Shown: positions 1 through 10,285, counted from the stretch's first letter. The stretch: DNA of 64,000 bases from an uncultured Candidatus Saccharibacteria bacterium (GCA_964371255.1 CAYJKV010000003.1:8458-72457), one strand, 5' to 3'. Translations and numbers: made by a program. Notes: generated by a model from the letters alone, not told the origin.

Positions 1-108
1 CAGCAAATCGCTCCATTCCTGCCTGACACTCACGCCAAGCTTGATCAATTACTTTCTGCCCGTCCCATCAAAAAACCAAGCGAGCCATTATTTGCTAGAA
101 AAATCTAA
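1..108 (+). CDS. metG: 3' end of a gene, probably methionyl-tRNA synthetase (partial)
   Basis: Frame 1 reads QQIAPFLPDTHAKLDQLLSARPIKKPSEPLFARKI*, resembling the short-form MetG C-terminus (PFLP...PLFPR). Confidence 0.55.
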   Translation, partial: QQIAPFLPDTHAKLDQLLSARPIKKPSEPLFARKI

Positions 109-122
109 GATTATTACCCATC

Positions 123-216
123 TTTACACCCCGGGGGTGTAAAAGAGGGGATTAGTATCTATCTTTGCACCCTTTCTACGCCCGTCTTCCCACCCTTCCA
201 CCCCGGGGGTGTAAAG
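123..216. repeat. two copies of a palindrome (T)ACACCCCGGGGGTGTA (123-143, 195-216)
   Basis: Read directly from the sequence; a third copy lies at 876-894. Confidence 0.8.
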
Positions 217-256
217 GAGGGAAACAAGATCCAGCTTTTACTTTCTTAATAGACCC

Positions 257-865
257 ATGATCGAAGTAGAAATCAAATTTCCTCTTATCAAGAATAACGA
301 GCAGTTAGTAACGGCTGGTGCTCGGCTGCTTGGTGAAAAAAAAGTTGTCGATCTGTATTATGACAACCCTTCACGACAACTGACCCTAGCCGACCGGTGG
401 CTGCGGTGCCGCAACGGCCAATTCGAATTCAAAGTCCCGGTCGACAACAACCACAAGAACACAACCTTTGTCGCGCGCCGCTACACGGAATTAACGACTG
501 ATCAGGAAATACTGCACGCTTTAAAATTATCTAGCCAAGACTTATCAACCGCTCTTGAGCAGAATAATTACACGCCATTCGCTACCATTAATACCACCCG
601 TCTCTCTTATGAATATGGAGATATTCACATCGACATTGATCGCACGGATTTTGGCTACGCGATCGGCGAAGTAGAAAGGCTCATCACAGACCCTGTACAA
701 ATCAAGGACGCGGAAAAAGAATTAAAGCGCTTTTTGTCAGAACGCCACATCGCTTATTCACACGGCCATATGGGCAAAGTCGCTCTCTATTTGCAGAAAC
801 ATAAGCCTGACCACTTTCATCTATTAGTCAAAGCCGGAGTAATCAGTCACACTCGTACAAACTAA
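257..865 (+). CDS. CYTH-domain protein (class IV adenylate cyclase/triphosphatase family)
   Basis: N-terminal ExExK (IEVEIKF), DLYYD, WLRCR and IGEVE motifs. Confidence 0.85.
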   Translation: MIEVEIKFPLIKNNEQLVTAGARLLGEKKVVDLYYDNPSRQLTLADRWLRCRNGQFEFKVPVDNNHKNTTFVARRYTELTTDQEILHALKLSSQDLSTALEQNNYTPFATINTTRLSYEYGDIHIDIDRTDFGYAIGEVERLITDPVQIKDAEKELKRFLSERHIAYSHGHMGKVALYLQKHKPDHFHLLVKAGVISHTRTN

Positions 866-875
866 CTTCCCCTCG

Positions 876-894
876 GTACACCCCGGAGGTGTAC
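876..894. repeat. palindrome GTACACCCCGGAGGTGTAC (third REP-like copy)
   Basis: Near-identical to the copies at 123-143 and 195-216. Confidence 0.75.
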
Positions 895-1038
895 TATTAA
901 GCCGCGCAATGATCACGGTGCTTGTTTTCTGCTGCTGCACGACATCCAAGAATCTTCACGCTATATACTCGGGTGGTTAAAAAACATAGAAAGGGAAACA
1001 ACTTGCCATAAAATACTATTACTGGTACGACTCAATAT

Positions 1039-2040
1039 ATGAAATTATTAATCACCGGCGGGGCAGGATTTATCGGCAGTAACTTTATTCATTACTGGCT
1101 CAAAAAGCATCCCGATGATCATATCGTCAATCTGGACATCTTAACGTATGCCGGCAACCTAGCCAATGTCGATGACATTTCCCAGGACAAACGGTACCAA
1201 TTTGTTCAAGGCGACATCCTGGATAAGGACATCGTGGATGACTTGGTTAAGAGTTGTGATACGGTCGTCCACTTTGCCGCTGAATCTCATGTCGATCGTT
1301 CAATTCAAGGACCATCTGCCTTTGTGGAAACTAACATCAAGGGCACCTTTGTCTTATTGGAAGCTGCTCGCACCTATAATAAACGCTTCCACCATATCTC
1401 CACTGACGAAGTGTTTGGAGCACTGCCTTTAGGCACTAAAGATAAATTTAACGAACACACCCCGTATCAACCGAGCAGCCCCTACTCCGCGTCCAAAGCC
1501 GCCGCCGACCATCTCGTGCGGGCTTATCACGAGACATATAAAGTACCGGTAACCATCACCAACTGTTCCAACAACTTTGGTCCATATCAGCATCCGGAAA
1601 AATTTATCTCCCGCATGATTACCAATTTAATTGATGGCGAGAACATCAAGGTTTATGGCGACGGCAAATACGTGCGTGATTGGCTGCATGTTCAAGATCA
1701 CTGCCGCGCCATTGATGCCGTCCTCACCTCGGGTAAAATAGGGGAGACCTATTTAGTCGGCGGTATGACGGAGGATATCAATAATCTAGCGGTGGCCAAA
1801 CTGATACTGCAGCATATGAACTTAGGCGAAGATCGTATTGAATTCGTTAAGGACCGACTCGGTCATGATCGCCGTTACGCCGTCGACTGGACCAAGATCA
1901 AGCGTGACCTTAATTGGGAACCTGAATACACCTTCAACAAATGGCTAAAAACCACTGTTGACTGGTACCAGCAAAATGAAGATTGGTGGCGGCCGCTCAA
2001 AGAAGAAGCCGAAGCTATCTATAAAAAAAGCGGTCAGTAA
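1039..2040 (+). CDS. rfbB: dTDP-glucose 4,6-dehydratase
   Basis: GGAGFIG, HFAAESHVDRS, STDEV, YSASK and DRLGHDRRY motifs. Confidence 0.97.
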   Translation: MKLLITGGAGFIGSNFIHYWLKKHPDDHIVNLDILTYAGNLANVDDISQDKRYQFVQGDILDKDIVDDLVKSCDTVVHFAAESHVDRSIQGPSAFVETNIKGTFVLLEAARTYNKRFHHISTDEVFGALPLGTKDKFNEHTPYQPSSPYSASKAAADHLVRAYHETYKVPVTITNCSNNFGPYQHPEKFISRMITNLIDGENIKVYGDGKYVRDWLHVQDHCRAIDAVLTSGKIGETYLVGGMTEDINNLAVAKLILQHMNLGEDRIEFVKDRLGHDRRYAVDWTKIKRDLNWEPEYTFNKWLKTTVDWYQQNEDWWRPLKEEAEAIYKKSGQ

Positions 2041-2144
2041 CTCAACATTGTAGCTGCAACCTGCCACGTCTCGCCAATAAAAAAACCAGTCCGAGATGAA
2101 CTGGGGTGCAATGAATGATTTACGCACTGGCATTTTGGCGTAGA

Positions 2145-2507
2145 CTATAATCTTCCTGCCGTTATGTACAGGATTAATATCATTTCGACCACGGCAATCA
2201 ATATCATAATCTTTCCCGCCAATATCCATTCCTCTATCATGCGTTGCCTATTTCGCCTTCTTCTCTGCCGCCTTGCCTCAGACATAATAGTAATTGCTTC
2301 CCGTTGATCAGGATACGCCGCTGCCAAATTTGGAGGATGTTTATGCCGCGGCCAAACAGACGCATGAGGCATGATTACTGCTTGATGACAATCTTGGCAA
2401 TAAACCCTCCTCCCGATAAACGCACTGTTGTGTGGCAGATAGTTGCCGCAGGGACATAGAAAGTGAACATCCTCTATAGCTTCTAGAACAGGATTCAATC
2501 TAATCAT
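2145..2507 (-). CDS. hypothetical protein with CxC/CxxC zinc-ribbon-like N-terminus and C-terminal TM helix
   Basis: CPCG...CQDC, an Arg-rich stretch and a hydrophobic C-terminus. Confidence 0.6.
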   Translation of the reverse strand: MIRLNPVLEAIEDVHFLCPCGNYLPHNSAFIGRRVYCQDCHQAVIMPHASVWPRHKHPPNLAAAYPDQREAITIMSEARRQRRRRNRQRMIEEWILAGKIMILIAVVEMILILYITAGRL

Positions 2508-3106
2508 GGCTAGGCCCCCAATATATTATTGATAACGCCGCTAATTTAAAAGAACACCTTGCAACTGCAAATTGCTTACGTTGCACAGGATAAAAAACCC
2601 AATAATATACGTCAAGCATATTAACTTCTATTTTGTCAACATCTATTGGCATGTTTTCGTATCCATTTTCCACTCAGGACTGTAATAGCTATAACTTACG
2701 AAGCCGATTTTTCTTATATTCTCTTGTTTCTGTTCTGCGTGAATTTCACGCCATGTTACTCCTCAACTATTGTGATCAGCCAAGATTAATAAATAAATCT
2801 ATATAAAATATTATTATGTCAGCGAATTTTGACGTATTCATTTCAGAATAGAAGTACTTTCTTTGGCTGGTGCATTTACCCTTGGCGTTATCACGAACCT
2901 GAATAGTCTGGCTTGCCCAGAATGATCATGCCCCTTATAGGGCCTAAAGTCTGGTTTGCTAGCTAAAAGACGTTACTAAGCCGATTCCATAGACCCGTTG
3001 CAGGAACAATAATCTAGTAGTATAGCTGCTAGGCCATCACCAGACTCTAAAAATTCTCTTGCACTATAATTATTTTAAAAAATGAGGATCCAATAATACT
3101 CAACTT

Positions 3107-3148
3107 TTGTCATAAAGATTTGACAAAATGCTATTTGTGGCGTATAAA
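3107..3148 (+). promoter_or_regulatory. sigma70-type promoter overlapped by TTGTCA-N8-TGACAA palindrome
   Basis: TTGACA (3120-3125), 17-nt spacer, TATAAA (3143-3148); palindrome at 3107-3126. Confidence 0.65.
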
Positions 3149-3172
3149 TACCTGTTTTAGCTTAAATATCAT

Positions 3173-4195
3173 ATGCTACAAAAAACCCCAAAACCAGCCG
3201 CCCAACAGCTCATATCTGCCAATACTTTAGCACGGCACATTATTCCATCTGCCATTCTGGCACCGTCCGCCCATAATACCCAACCTTGGAAATTTGAAAC
3301 TTCGTCAAACGTGATTGACATTTTTATCGACTGGAGCCGTCACTTAACTATATCCGATCCAACTCTCCGTCAACTTTATGTCAGTCTTGGTTGTGCTACG
3401 GCCAACGCGCTAAATGCTGCCAATTACTGGAACATGACAGCCGCTGTTCAATATTTCCCAGACGGTGCTGGTAAAGATAAACCGGTCGTGCGTCTAAGCT
3501 TCGCACCTGCCCACAAACCGGGAGAACACAATCAAGCGGAGGCAGACATGTTTGCGGCCATCGTCCAGCGGCACACCAACCGGTCTTTCTTTGATGAGCA
3601 GCCCCTGACTGTCGATGAACAAAAGGCTCTTAACCAGGACATTGATCAAAGCATCACCACCTTCGTCTCTGATCGTAACCAGATCGAACAAATCGCCCAA
3701 ATATCCCAAGAGGGGACTTTTAGCACTTTATCCCGCAAGGAATTTAAGGAAGAATTGTCTCATTGGGTGCGCAATAGTTGGACTTACCAGCATGACGGCA
3801 TGCCCGGTTATGCTATGGGCATTCCTGCCCCCCTTTCCCTGGTTGCTCCGATGATGGTTCGCATTGCCCCAATTCATGTTCAGGAAGCGCCCAAAACTAA
3901 ACAGCAAGTTGCCAGTTCCTCGACTCTGGCTATCTTTTCTACCGATACTGACACGCCTGTTGATCATCTAAAAGTTGGCCAGCAACTCCAGCAAGTCTGG
4001 CTCAACGCGACCGCGGCCGGATTAGCCGCCATGCCTGTGGTTGCCGCCATAGAAGCTGGCGAAGAATATCGCAACAGGTTGCGCGACATTACTCATGCCA
4101 AAACCTACCCCCAGTCTTTATTGCGTATCGGCCATTCATCTGCCACCAATCTTCGTGCCACACCCCGCCGTACGCTCGACGAATGCGTCCGCTAA
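3173..4195 (+). CDS. Acg-family FMN-binding nitroreductase-like protein
   Basis: LAPSAHNTQPW, SLGCA, RHTNR and PQSLLRIG motifs (Rv2032/Rv3131-like). Confidence 0.85.
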   Translation: MLQKTPKPAAQQLISANTLARHIIPSAILAPSAHNTQPWKFETSSNVIDIFIDWSRHLTISDPTLRQLYVSLGCATANALNAANYWNMTAAVQYFPDGAGKDKPVVRLSFAPAHKPGEHNQAEADMFAAIVQRHTNRSFFDEQPLTVDEQKALNQDIDQSITTFVSDRNQIEQIAQISQEGTFSTLSRKEFKEELSHWVRNSWTYQHDGMPGYAMGIPAPLSLVAPMMVRIAPIHVQEAPKTKQQVASSSTLAIFSTDTDTPVDHLKVGQQLQQVWLNATAAGLAAMPVVAAIEAGEEYRNRLRDITHAKTYPQSLLRIGHSSATNLRATPRRTLDECVR

Positions 4196-4196
4196 T

Positions 4197-5306
4197 TTAG
4201 CTTTTCAAAATCTCCGCGACTTTTCGTGCCGCTTCTTCCCGCGCGGCAAAGTGAATTCGTAAGTATCCAGTTTCTTTACTGCTATCGTTAAACAATATGT
4301 TCGCCGGTGTTGTTACGATCTTTTTCTTGATCAATTCCTCCACTACTGCCATATCCGTCGGCCGGTCATGTTTCATCAGCATGTAATAAGTTGCGGGTAC
4401 GTGTAGGGGACTAAAACCATAATGAACAAACGCCTCTTCCAACACTGCTTTATTACGGAGTAACATTTCCCTCAAGTCACTGACGTATTGGTTTAGCTCC
4501 GGCAGATTATTTTTTAGCACCTCTGCCAGCACATGCTGGGACACCGTCGATCCTCCGATATACAGCGCATCGTGCCGCACTGCCATCTCTTCAATCCGTT
4601 CCGGGCTGGTTATGGCAAATCCCACGCGCCAGCCGGGAATCGCAAATGACTTTGACCAGCTGCGCACCAAGACCGTCTTTGACCAATCCATTTTCTTGTA
4701 GTCCGCGTCATCCTTCGGCGGATTGTCCCAGATAAATTCCCGATACATTTCATCCAATACCAGCAAACAATTCTTGGCCTTCGCCGCTTCGCTTAACTTC
4801 TTTAACGTCTCAAGAGACGCAGTCTGTCCCGTCGGATTAGCCGGAGAAGTAATAATGACCCCATCCACCTCATCCATTTTTTCTATCACAACATCCCAAT
4901 CAAGTTCTTCCCCAATCCTGGTTGGCAAAAAAACTATTTTATAGCCCAATGCGTTCAGCAGTATTTCATGCGCTATATAAAAAGGTTCTGGCAGCAGTAC
5001 CTTAGCACCCGGTTTAAGATCGGTTAATAAAGCGCTAGTTATTCCGGCCATCGCTCCGGCCACGGACATCACGTTTTCTACTTCAATATGCCACTCTCGT
5101 GAGTCTAAATATTGTACTAACGCCTCCCGATAAGCCGGCACGCCACGCTTGTTGTCGTACCGCGAAATTTGCTGGATCGGTACTTTATGGAGAGTCTCTA
5201 CCAAAACCTCCGGCAGATCCGTATCAATTACTCCCTGCGCTAAATCAATCGCCCCTTCCTTCTTAGCCCTTTCGGCTAATTCTCTGATCCCTAATTGTAT
5301 AGTCAT
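4197..5306 (-). CDS. PLP-dependent aminotransferase class I/II
   Basis: IDLAQG, PANPTG, DEMY and SWSKSFAIPGWRVG (PLP lysine) motifs. Confidence 0.92.
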   Translation of the reverse strand: MTIQLGIRELAERAKKEGAIDLAQGVIDTDLPEVLVETLHKVPIQQISRYDNKRGVPAYREALVQYLDSREWHIEVENVMSVAGAMAGITSALLTDLKPGAKVLLPEPFYIAHEILLNALGYKIVFLPTRIGEELDWDVVIEKMDEVDGVIITSPANPTGQTASLETLKKLSEAAKAKNCLLVLDEMYREFIWDNPPKDDADYKKMDWSKTVLVRSWSKSFAIPGWRVGFAITSPERIEEMAVRHDALYIGGSTVSQHVLAEVLKNNLPELNQYVSDLREMLLRNKAVLEEAFVHYGFSPLHVPATYYMLMKHDRPTDMAVVEELIKKKIVTTPANILFNDSSKETGYLRIHFAAREEAARKVAEILKS

Positions 5307-5493
5307 ATCGTCCTATAATATACAACAATTCCAATCCTCACAAACTTAAAAATCCGCGCCGGGTCACCTTTAGGTGATCCTCTCTGCGGCGGGTAGAACC
5401 TCGCCGCGCCGGAAAAAACCCGGGTGTTAAAGAGGCGCGGTCGTTATTATCCGGGGTGGTTACGGATCAACTATCTTCCGCTATACTAAATTC

Positions 5494-6726
5494 ATGACAA
5501 AAAACCTTTTTAAAAAATTAGCATCAACACCTAACACCAACCCAGAACCTCCTAAACCGATTTTCTTTAGCTTATCTAATTCAGACGACGCTGCCCGATT
5601 GTCTGATCTCCTAGACCAGAATCCGCACATCAAGATTATTGACACTTACGACACCCAGCTCAAAGAATTGTTTACCCTGAATAATCCCGCTTTAAAAATG
5701 AACCCGCCCGAATTGGCTAAGCAGTTCGAGGCGTACCAAAAAGAACACTACCAAGACCTCGATCCGCGACAGGCAGGAAGCTGGGTTTATCTTCCCTGGC
5801 GGTTCGTGTTGCTCCACCTTCTTCAAGACAAAGATTTCCAGCAAGTCCGCACCGGCCGCAATCGCAACCTGATCACACCGGAAGAACAAGTAAAATATTA
5901 TAACAGCACCATCGGCATTGCCGGACAGTCCGTCGGCAATAGCTGCACCTTGAGCATCGTCTTAACCGGCGGCGGTAAGCATCTCAAAATTGCCGATCCG
6001 GACACACTAGAGCTGACTAACTTAAACCGCATCCGCGGCTCCATCGCCGATCTGACAGAACCGAAAGTATACATGTCCGCCCGCCAAATTTATGAACTGA
6101 ATCCCTATGCCGACATTACCATGTTCACTGACGGCATCACTGAGGATAATATCCAGGAATTTTGCGATGGGCTGGATGTGATGGTCGAAGAGATAGACAA
6201 TCTCGAAATGAAAATCCGTCTGCGTCAGGAAGCGCAAGTCAGAAAGATTCCCATCGTCATGGCCACTGACAATGGTGATAGCGGTGTGCTCGATGTCGAG
6301 CGTCACGATCTGGCAGATAATATCCCGCCTTTTCATGGACGGGGTGGTGATGACATCGCTGAACGTGTAGTTGGCAAAAAATTACCCTTGCCGGCCATCG
6401 GACAGATTATCGGCGGGGAATTGCTTGGTTATGACATTGCCGAGGAACGAACCGTACGCTCGCTGCTGGAAATTGGGCGTTCTATTCCCACCTGGCCGCA
6501 GCTCGGCTCCGCCGCCACCCTCAACGGTGCTGTTGTCGCTGTCGCCGTGCGCCGTATTCTAACGGGACAGCCCATCGTCGATGATCGTGCCAACATTTCC
6601 GTACCAGCGCTTATTGAACCTGGTTACACCGACAAAGAAACTACCGAGAAGCGCCTTAAAACCATCCACGAACTCGGCGACCAATTCAACACCATAGTCC
6701 AGCAAATCCTCAAGCATTCAAAATAA
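5494..6726 (+). CDS. ThiF-family adenylyltransferase, Rv1355c/MoeY-like (lacking the fused nitroreductase domain)
   Basis: WVYLPWR...RTGRNRNLITPEEQ, IAGQSVG, ADPDTLELTNLNRI and TWPQL motifs. Confidence 0.85.
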   Translation: MTKNLFKKLASTPNTNPEPPKPIFFSLSNSDDAARLSDLLDQNPHIKIIDTYDTQLKELFTLNNPALKMNPPELAKQFEAYQKEHYQDLDPRQAGSWVYLPWRFVLLHLLQDKDFQQVRTGRNRNLITPEEQVKYYNSTIGIAGQSVGNSCTLSIVLTGGGKHLKIADPDTLELTNLNRIRGSIADLTEPKVYMSARQIYELNPYADITMFTDGITEDNIQEFCDGLDVMVEEIDNLEMKIRLRQEAQVRKIPIVMATDNGDSGVLDVERHDLADNIPPFHGRGGDDIAERVVGKKLPLPAIGQIIGGELLGYDIAEERTVRSLLEIGRSIPTWPQLGSAATLNGAVVAVAVRRILTGQPIVDDRANISVPALIEPGYTDKETTEKRLKTIHELGDQFNTIVQQILKHSK

Positions 6727-6810
6727 TTGCATCGTCCGTTGTCTATCATGATAGCCTCCAATCATGTGAGGGAATAACATTAAGAAGATTTCGCGTCTTC
6801 CCTCTGCCTC

Positions 6811-6886
6811 GCCCCGCATAGCCCCGCCAACGGCGGGGCGACGTGGGGATAAGGGGCCTGCCTGCCGGTAGGCAGGGATAGGGGGG
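6811..6886. repeat. cluster of GC-rich hairpins (REP-like): GCCCCGCCAACGGCGGGGC, CCTGCCTGCCGGTAGGCAGG
   Basis: Short inverted repeats in the intergenic region. Confidence 0.6.
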
Positions 6887-6926
6887 GTCTGCAAACCAAC
6901 ACTTTCTAACTTAATCGATCGCATCA

Positions 6927-7409
6927 ATGAAAACAGCCAAAGAAAACAATGCGTTATTTGAAGTCTCCTTAAAATTCATCATCAAGGATGAAACTGATAA
7001 AATATTACTGCTTAAAATGCCCAAAACAGGGCCTATGGGTGGGTATTATGATTTGCCGGGTGGAAGAATAAAGGAACATGAAAAATCAAAACCATTCAGT
7101 GAAATTATTTCTCGAGAACTTACAGAGGAGCTCGGCACAAAGCCACGGATTACTTTTAATCAAATTCCCGTTGCTGCAGGACGGCACACCTATCCCAGAC
7201 CATCCTCGGGTGACGATGGACATATTTTCTGGGTGTTCTTTGAAGGCCTATTTCAAGGAGGAGAGATAGAGATATCCCCCGAACACGCTGGCTATAATTG
7301 GATTAGTTTAGGTAAGCACAATCTTGATAAATACTTTGTGCGAGGCCCATGGGAAGGAATGTATAACTATTTTTATAAGAGATTTCCACCTAAATTAATC
7401 CAAGATTAA
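6927..7409 (+). CDS. NUDIX hydrolase
   Basis: DLPGGRIKEHE...SRELTEELG Nudix box and SPEH motif. Confidence 0.85.
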   Translation: MKTAKENNALFEVSLKFIIKDETDKILLLKMPKTGPMGGYYDLPGGRIKEHEKSKPFSEIISRELTEELGTKPRITFNQIPVAAGRHTYPRPSSGDDGHIFWVFFEGLFQGGEIEISPEHAGYNWISLGKHNLDKYFVRGPWEGMYNYFYKRFPPKLIQD

Positions 7410-7511
7410 TTTTTAAATTCAGACTATTAAGAACGAGTTGGGAAGTTATAATCACCCGACAACTATTTGCGATCAAACCAAACATACCAAGCAACTGTTC
7501 CTAATGTGAAA

Positions 7512-8222
7512 CTAGTCATATTCCTTATCTGATTTCATTATGACGATTGCTTCATCAAGCAACTTTTGAAAATTTCTATTTTCCCTCCAAGCTTGTCGCA
7601 ACTTATTTCTTAGTATTTGGTGCTTGGGGTAACCCCTGTCCTCAGATAAAATCACAGCATCGAATTCAGGTTCATTCAACAGAATCGTTAGCGCTTCTTT
7701 CAAATTATCGCTTTGCTTCATATTTAATCCGTTCTTCTTCAGATAATTTCTATAGTAATGCAGAAATTGAAGATGCATGATTTCATGGCAAATTGTTGTA
7801 ATCGAATCCGGGAGGCTACGCCACAACGAAACCATGAACCAATTTCCCTTTTCGTTATATGGGCACATGTAGCCTGTCGTCCAAAAACAATTAAACTTCT
7901 CAGAACAAATCGGCTTACCTGTCATTTTCTCTAAAGCTTGCCAGTACTGTTGTTCCACCATCTTCCAGGCGACTTCTAGTGATCTTATTTCTTCTTTAAT
8001 TATCAAATCCCTGTATTTACGTTTCTGATCACCTTGCAGATACTCCCTGATTATTTCTTCAGCGTCTGTAAAACTGGCTTTTAACACCTGCGATAATAAA
8101 TTCTTTGGGATATGGCCGACTTCGTCCTTCCAGTCCAGTCCCCAGAGATTTTTATCTTTAGCAATTAAAACCCAGCTCCAAGCGTCCTTCACGATATCAT
8201 ATTGAAATTTTATTTGTGACAT
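7512..8222 (-). CDS. hypothetical protein with HExxH motif (putative zinc metallopeptidase)
   Basis: CHEIMHLQF...LKEALT...GYPKH; start moved to ATG 8222 because the upstream part overlaps the duplicated segment. Confidence 0.7.
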   Translation of the reverse strand: MSQIKFQYDIVKDAWSWVLIAKDKNLWGLDWKDEVGHIPKNLLSQVLKASFTDAEEIIREYLQGDQKRKYRDLIIKEEIRSLEVAWKMVEQQYWQALEKMTGKPICSEKFNCFWTTGYMCPYNEKGNWFMVSLWRSLPDSITTICHEIMHLQFLHYYRNYLKKNGLNMKQSDNLKEALTILLNEPEFDAVILSEDRGYPKHQILRNKLRQAWRENRNFQKLLDEAIVIMKSDKEYD

Positions 8223-8281
8223 ATAAATTTCTATCAATATGTACCCTGTTAACCGTGTATCCCAACAGTAGCACCTATTTT

Positions 8282-8477
8282 CTCTTGATATACTATAAAA
8301 CCACATAATCCCATGGCTCCGTCGTCCCAATAACAATCACCGCGACTCGCTATTCAACCTGCCTATCTACCCTCCCCGCCCCTAAAAAATGGGGGAGTAG
8401 ACCTAGCCTGCCAGCAGCTCACTACTGACGTTAATCAAACGCTAACGTCCTTCTCTGTTGTTAAAGCCCGATGTCAG
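8282..8477 (+). pseudogene. degenerate copy of the promoter and 5' end of the 11223 gene (left direct repeat)
   Basis: About 90% identical by hand alignment to 11200-11396; ATG changed to ATA and a net -1 frameshift. Confidence 0.9.
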
Positions 8478-8721
8478 CCGGCGAGGGAGAGGTTGGGCTC
8501 ACCGAAACAATTGTCAACCAACACTGACAAAACCATTTATTAATAATTGTCAAAAATCAGTTCTAACACTATGATTACACGTTGTATCTACTGTTGGTTC
8601 TTTAGACAAAAATCCCACATACAAGACCTTGTTGAAGAGCGCATAACGCTAATCGCCAGCAATGTTGCCAGCGGCTACTTCACAATGTACGTGTGTTAGG
8701 TATAGAAAGGAGGTTAATACG

Positions 8722-8880
8722 ATGAAGACAGAGCAAGTCAAGGGCATGCAAGAGAAACAGACTTACGGATTCAGCGGAAAACAAGAATCTGCCAAGATTT
8801 CTCTGAAAGCCACCAAAGTTCATGTCCAAAAGAGAGGAATGAATTCTGGCATCTCAGGCGGAAGTTCCCAATGTTGCTGA
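8722..8880 (+). CDS. putative RiPP precursor peptide, 52 aa, C-terminus GMNSGISGGSSQCC
   Basis: Strong RBS GAAAGGAGG upstream of ATG 8722; directly 5' of a radical SAM/SPASM gene; Lys-rich leader-like part and Ser/Gly/Cys tail. Confidence 0.75.
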   Translation: MKTEQVKGMQEKQTYGFSGKQESAKISLKATKVHVQKRGMNSGISGGSSQCC

Positions 8881-8892
8881 ACAGATAAACTC

Positions 8893-8936
8893 GCGTGGCA
8901 TGTAATTGCTTTTTTGCATCATGCCACGCCTTTTTT
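8893..8936 (+). terminator. stem-loop plus U-tract between precursor and maturase (attenuator/stabiliser)
   Basis: GCGTGGCATG (8893-8902) pairs with CATGCCACGC (8920-8929), followed by T6. Confidence 0.7.
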
Positions 8937-8950
8937 AAAAGGAGAACAGA

Positions 8951-10285
8951 ATGTCACCAACATATGTGAGGTTAGCTGATAGTGCCATATTCAAATCACG
9001 CTATGAGCAGAGGTACCTGATCAACACCTCTTGTCGTAACCGGGAACGCATTCTAATTGAAGGAGGGGCTGAACAAGTATTGCTTTTTCTATTTTCAGGA
9101 AAAAGTATCAGTGGCGCATGTACACATTTTTGTCTGGATTCAGAACAACTGACTGCCTATATACAAGGGCTGGTAGCCGAAAATGTTGTTGCTTGGTGCA
9201 CCAGTGCGATTGACTCCACAGCAAAGTGCTACAACACAGAGCCGCCACTCGATAGTATAAACATTCTTCTCACAAACGCGTGCAATCTTCATTGTGTACA
9301 CTGTGGCTTCTCGAGTGGCAAACCAATCGTGGGGGAACTAACTGGAGATGAGTGGATTAGTGTTCTTCAGGAAGCAGAACAGCTCGGTGTTTTTGAGGTC
9401 AACGTTTCCGGAGGAGAGCCAACGCTTCATAGAAATTTTATTCAGATAGCAAAACATATTTCTTCGATCCCATGCTTCAATGCCAATCTGAATACTAATG
9501 GTGTATCATTACCACCCCAGTACATTGAAACCATCGCGCAGGCCTTCACTAGTGTCCAAATTAGTATTGACGATGTTGTAGCATCAAAACATGACAAGTT
9601 TCGTGGTCGCAGAGGAAGTTTCAAGCGGTCAATAGAAACAATAAGACAGCTCGTCAATACAGGCGTCGAAACGAATATCGGTTTTACGTTAACCGCTGAT
9701 AATATTACAGCCCTAGATGATATTGTTGAGTTAGCGGAAAACTTAGGTGTCACTGTGCTGAACATCGGTCTAGTTGCCAATCTTGGTCGTGCTCACGATA
9801 ACCTACTACTAAAGGAGTTTGGAACAGGGCCGTGTCATAACAGTCCATTCATGGACCAAGTGTACCAGAGGATAAAGAAGTTATCGGTTAGTTCATCAAA
9901 TGTCCAGATTCTCCTGCCGTTTCGCATCCCTGACAAAAACCGGCCCGCGCCATTACAAGATAAGCGATACATTTGTGACGGCGATAACACGCAGGTTCTC
10001 TACATAACAGCGAATGGAAATATGATGCCTTGTGACAAGTTACCAGTTGAGGCGTTCTCTTACGGCAATGTGCGGCAGAACACGATACTGGGTACTTGGC
10101 AGTCTGATCGGATGAAAAAGTTCAAACTAATGAGTCCTAATGAGCTTCCCAAATGTAAAAAGTGCCCCGATTTAAGATTGTGTGGCGGAGCTTGTGTAGC
10201 ACGTGCTTATCAAGAGGGTGGTAGTCTGGATTCCTCAGATTGGATATCATGCGTTATTGCACAAAAGGTTTCTCAAGACTACTAG
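8951..10285 (+). CDS. radical SAM/SPASM-domain peptide maturase
   Basis: CNLHCVHC, SGGEP, SPASM cysteines (C...GNMMPC...CKKC...CGGAC...C); ~90-aa N-terminal extension that may be an RRE; RBS AAAGGAG. Confidence 0.92.
   Translation: MSPTYVRLADSAIFKSRYEQRYLINTSCRNRERILIEGGAEQVLLFLFSGKSISGACTHFCLDSEQLTAYIQGLVAENVVAWCTSAIDSTAKCYNTEPPLDSINILLTNACNLHCVHCGFSSGKPIVGELTGDEWISVLQEAEQLGVFEVNVSGGEPTLHRNFIQIAKHISSIPCFNANLNTNGVSLPPQYIETIAQAFTSVQISIDDVVASKHDKFRGRRGSFKRSIETIRQLVNTGVETNIGFTLTADNITALDDIVELAENLGVTVLNIGLVANLGRAHDNLLLKEFGTGPCHNSPFMDQVYQRIKKLSVSSSNVQILLPFRIPDKNRPAPLQDKRYICDGDNTQVLYITANGNMMPCDKLPVEAFSYGNVRQNTILGTWQSDRMKKFKLMSPNELPKCKKCPDLRLCGGACVARAYQEGGSLDSSDWISCVIAQKVSQDY

Noticed and set aside
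6718-6927. 69-aa ORF containing PAYRQAG
   Set aside because: It is a translation of the REP-like hairpin cluster and not a credible gene.
8878-8930. TGA after Cys-Cys followed 12 nt later by a hairpin, suggesting selenocysteine/SECIS readthrough
   Set aside because: The hairpin ends in a U-tract like a terminator, readthrough would run out of frame into the rSAM start, and no sel genes are in the window.
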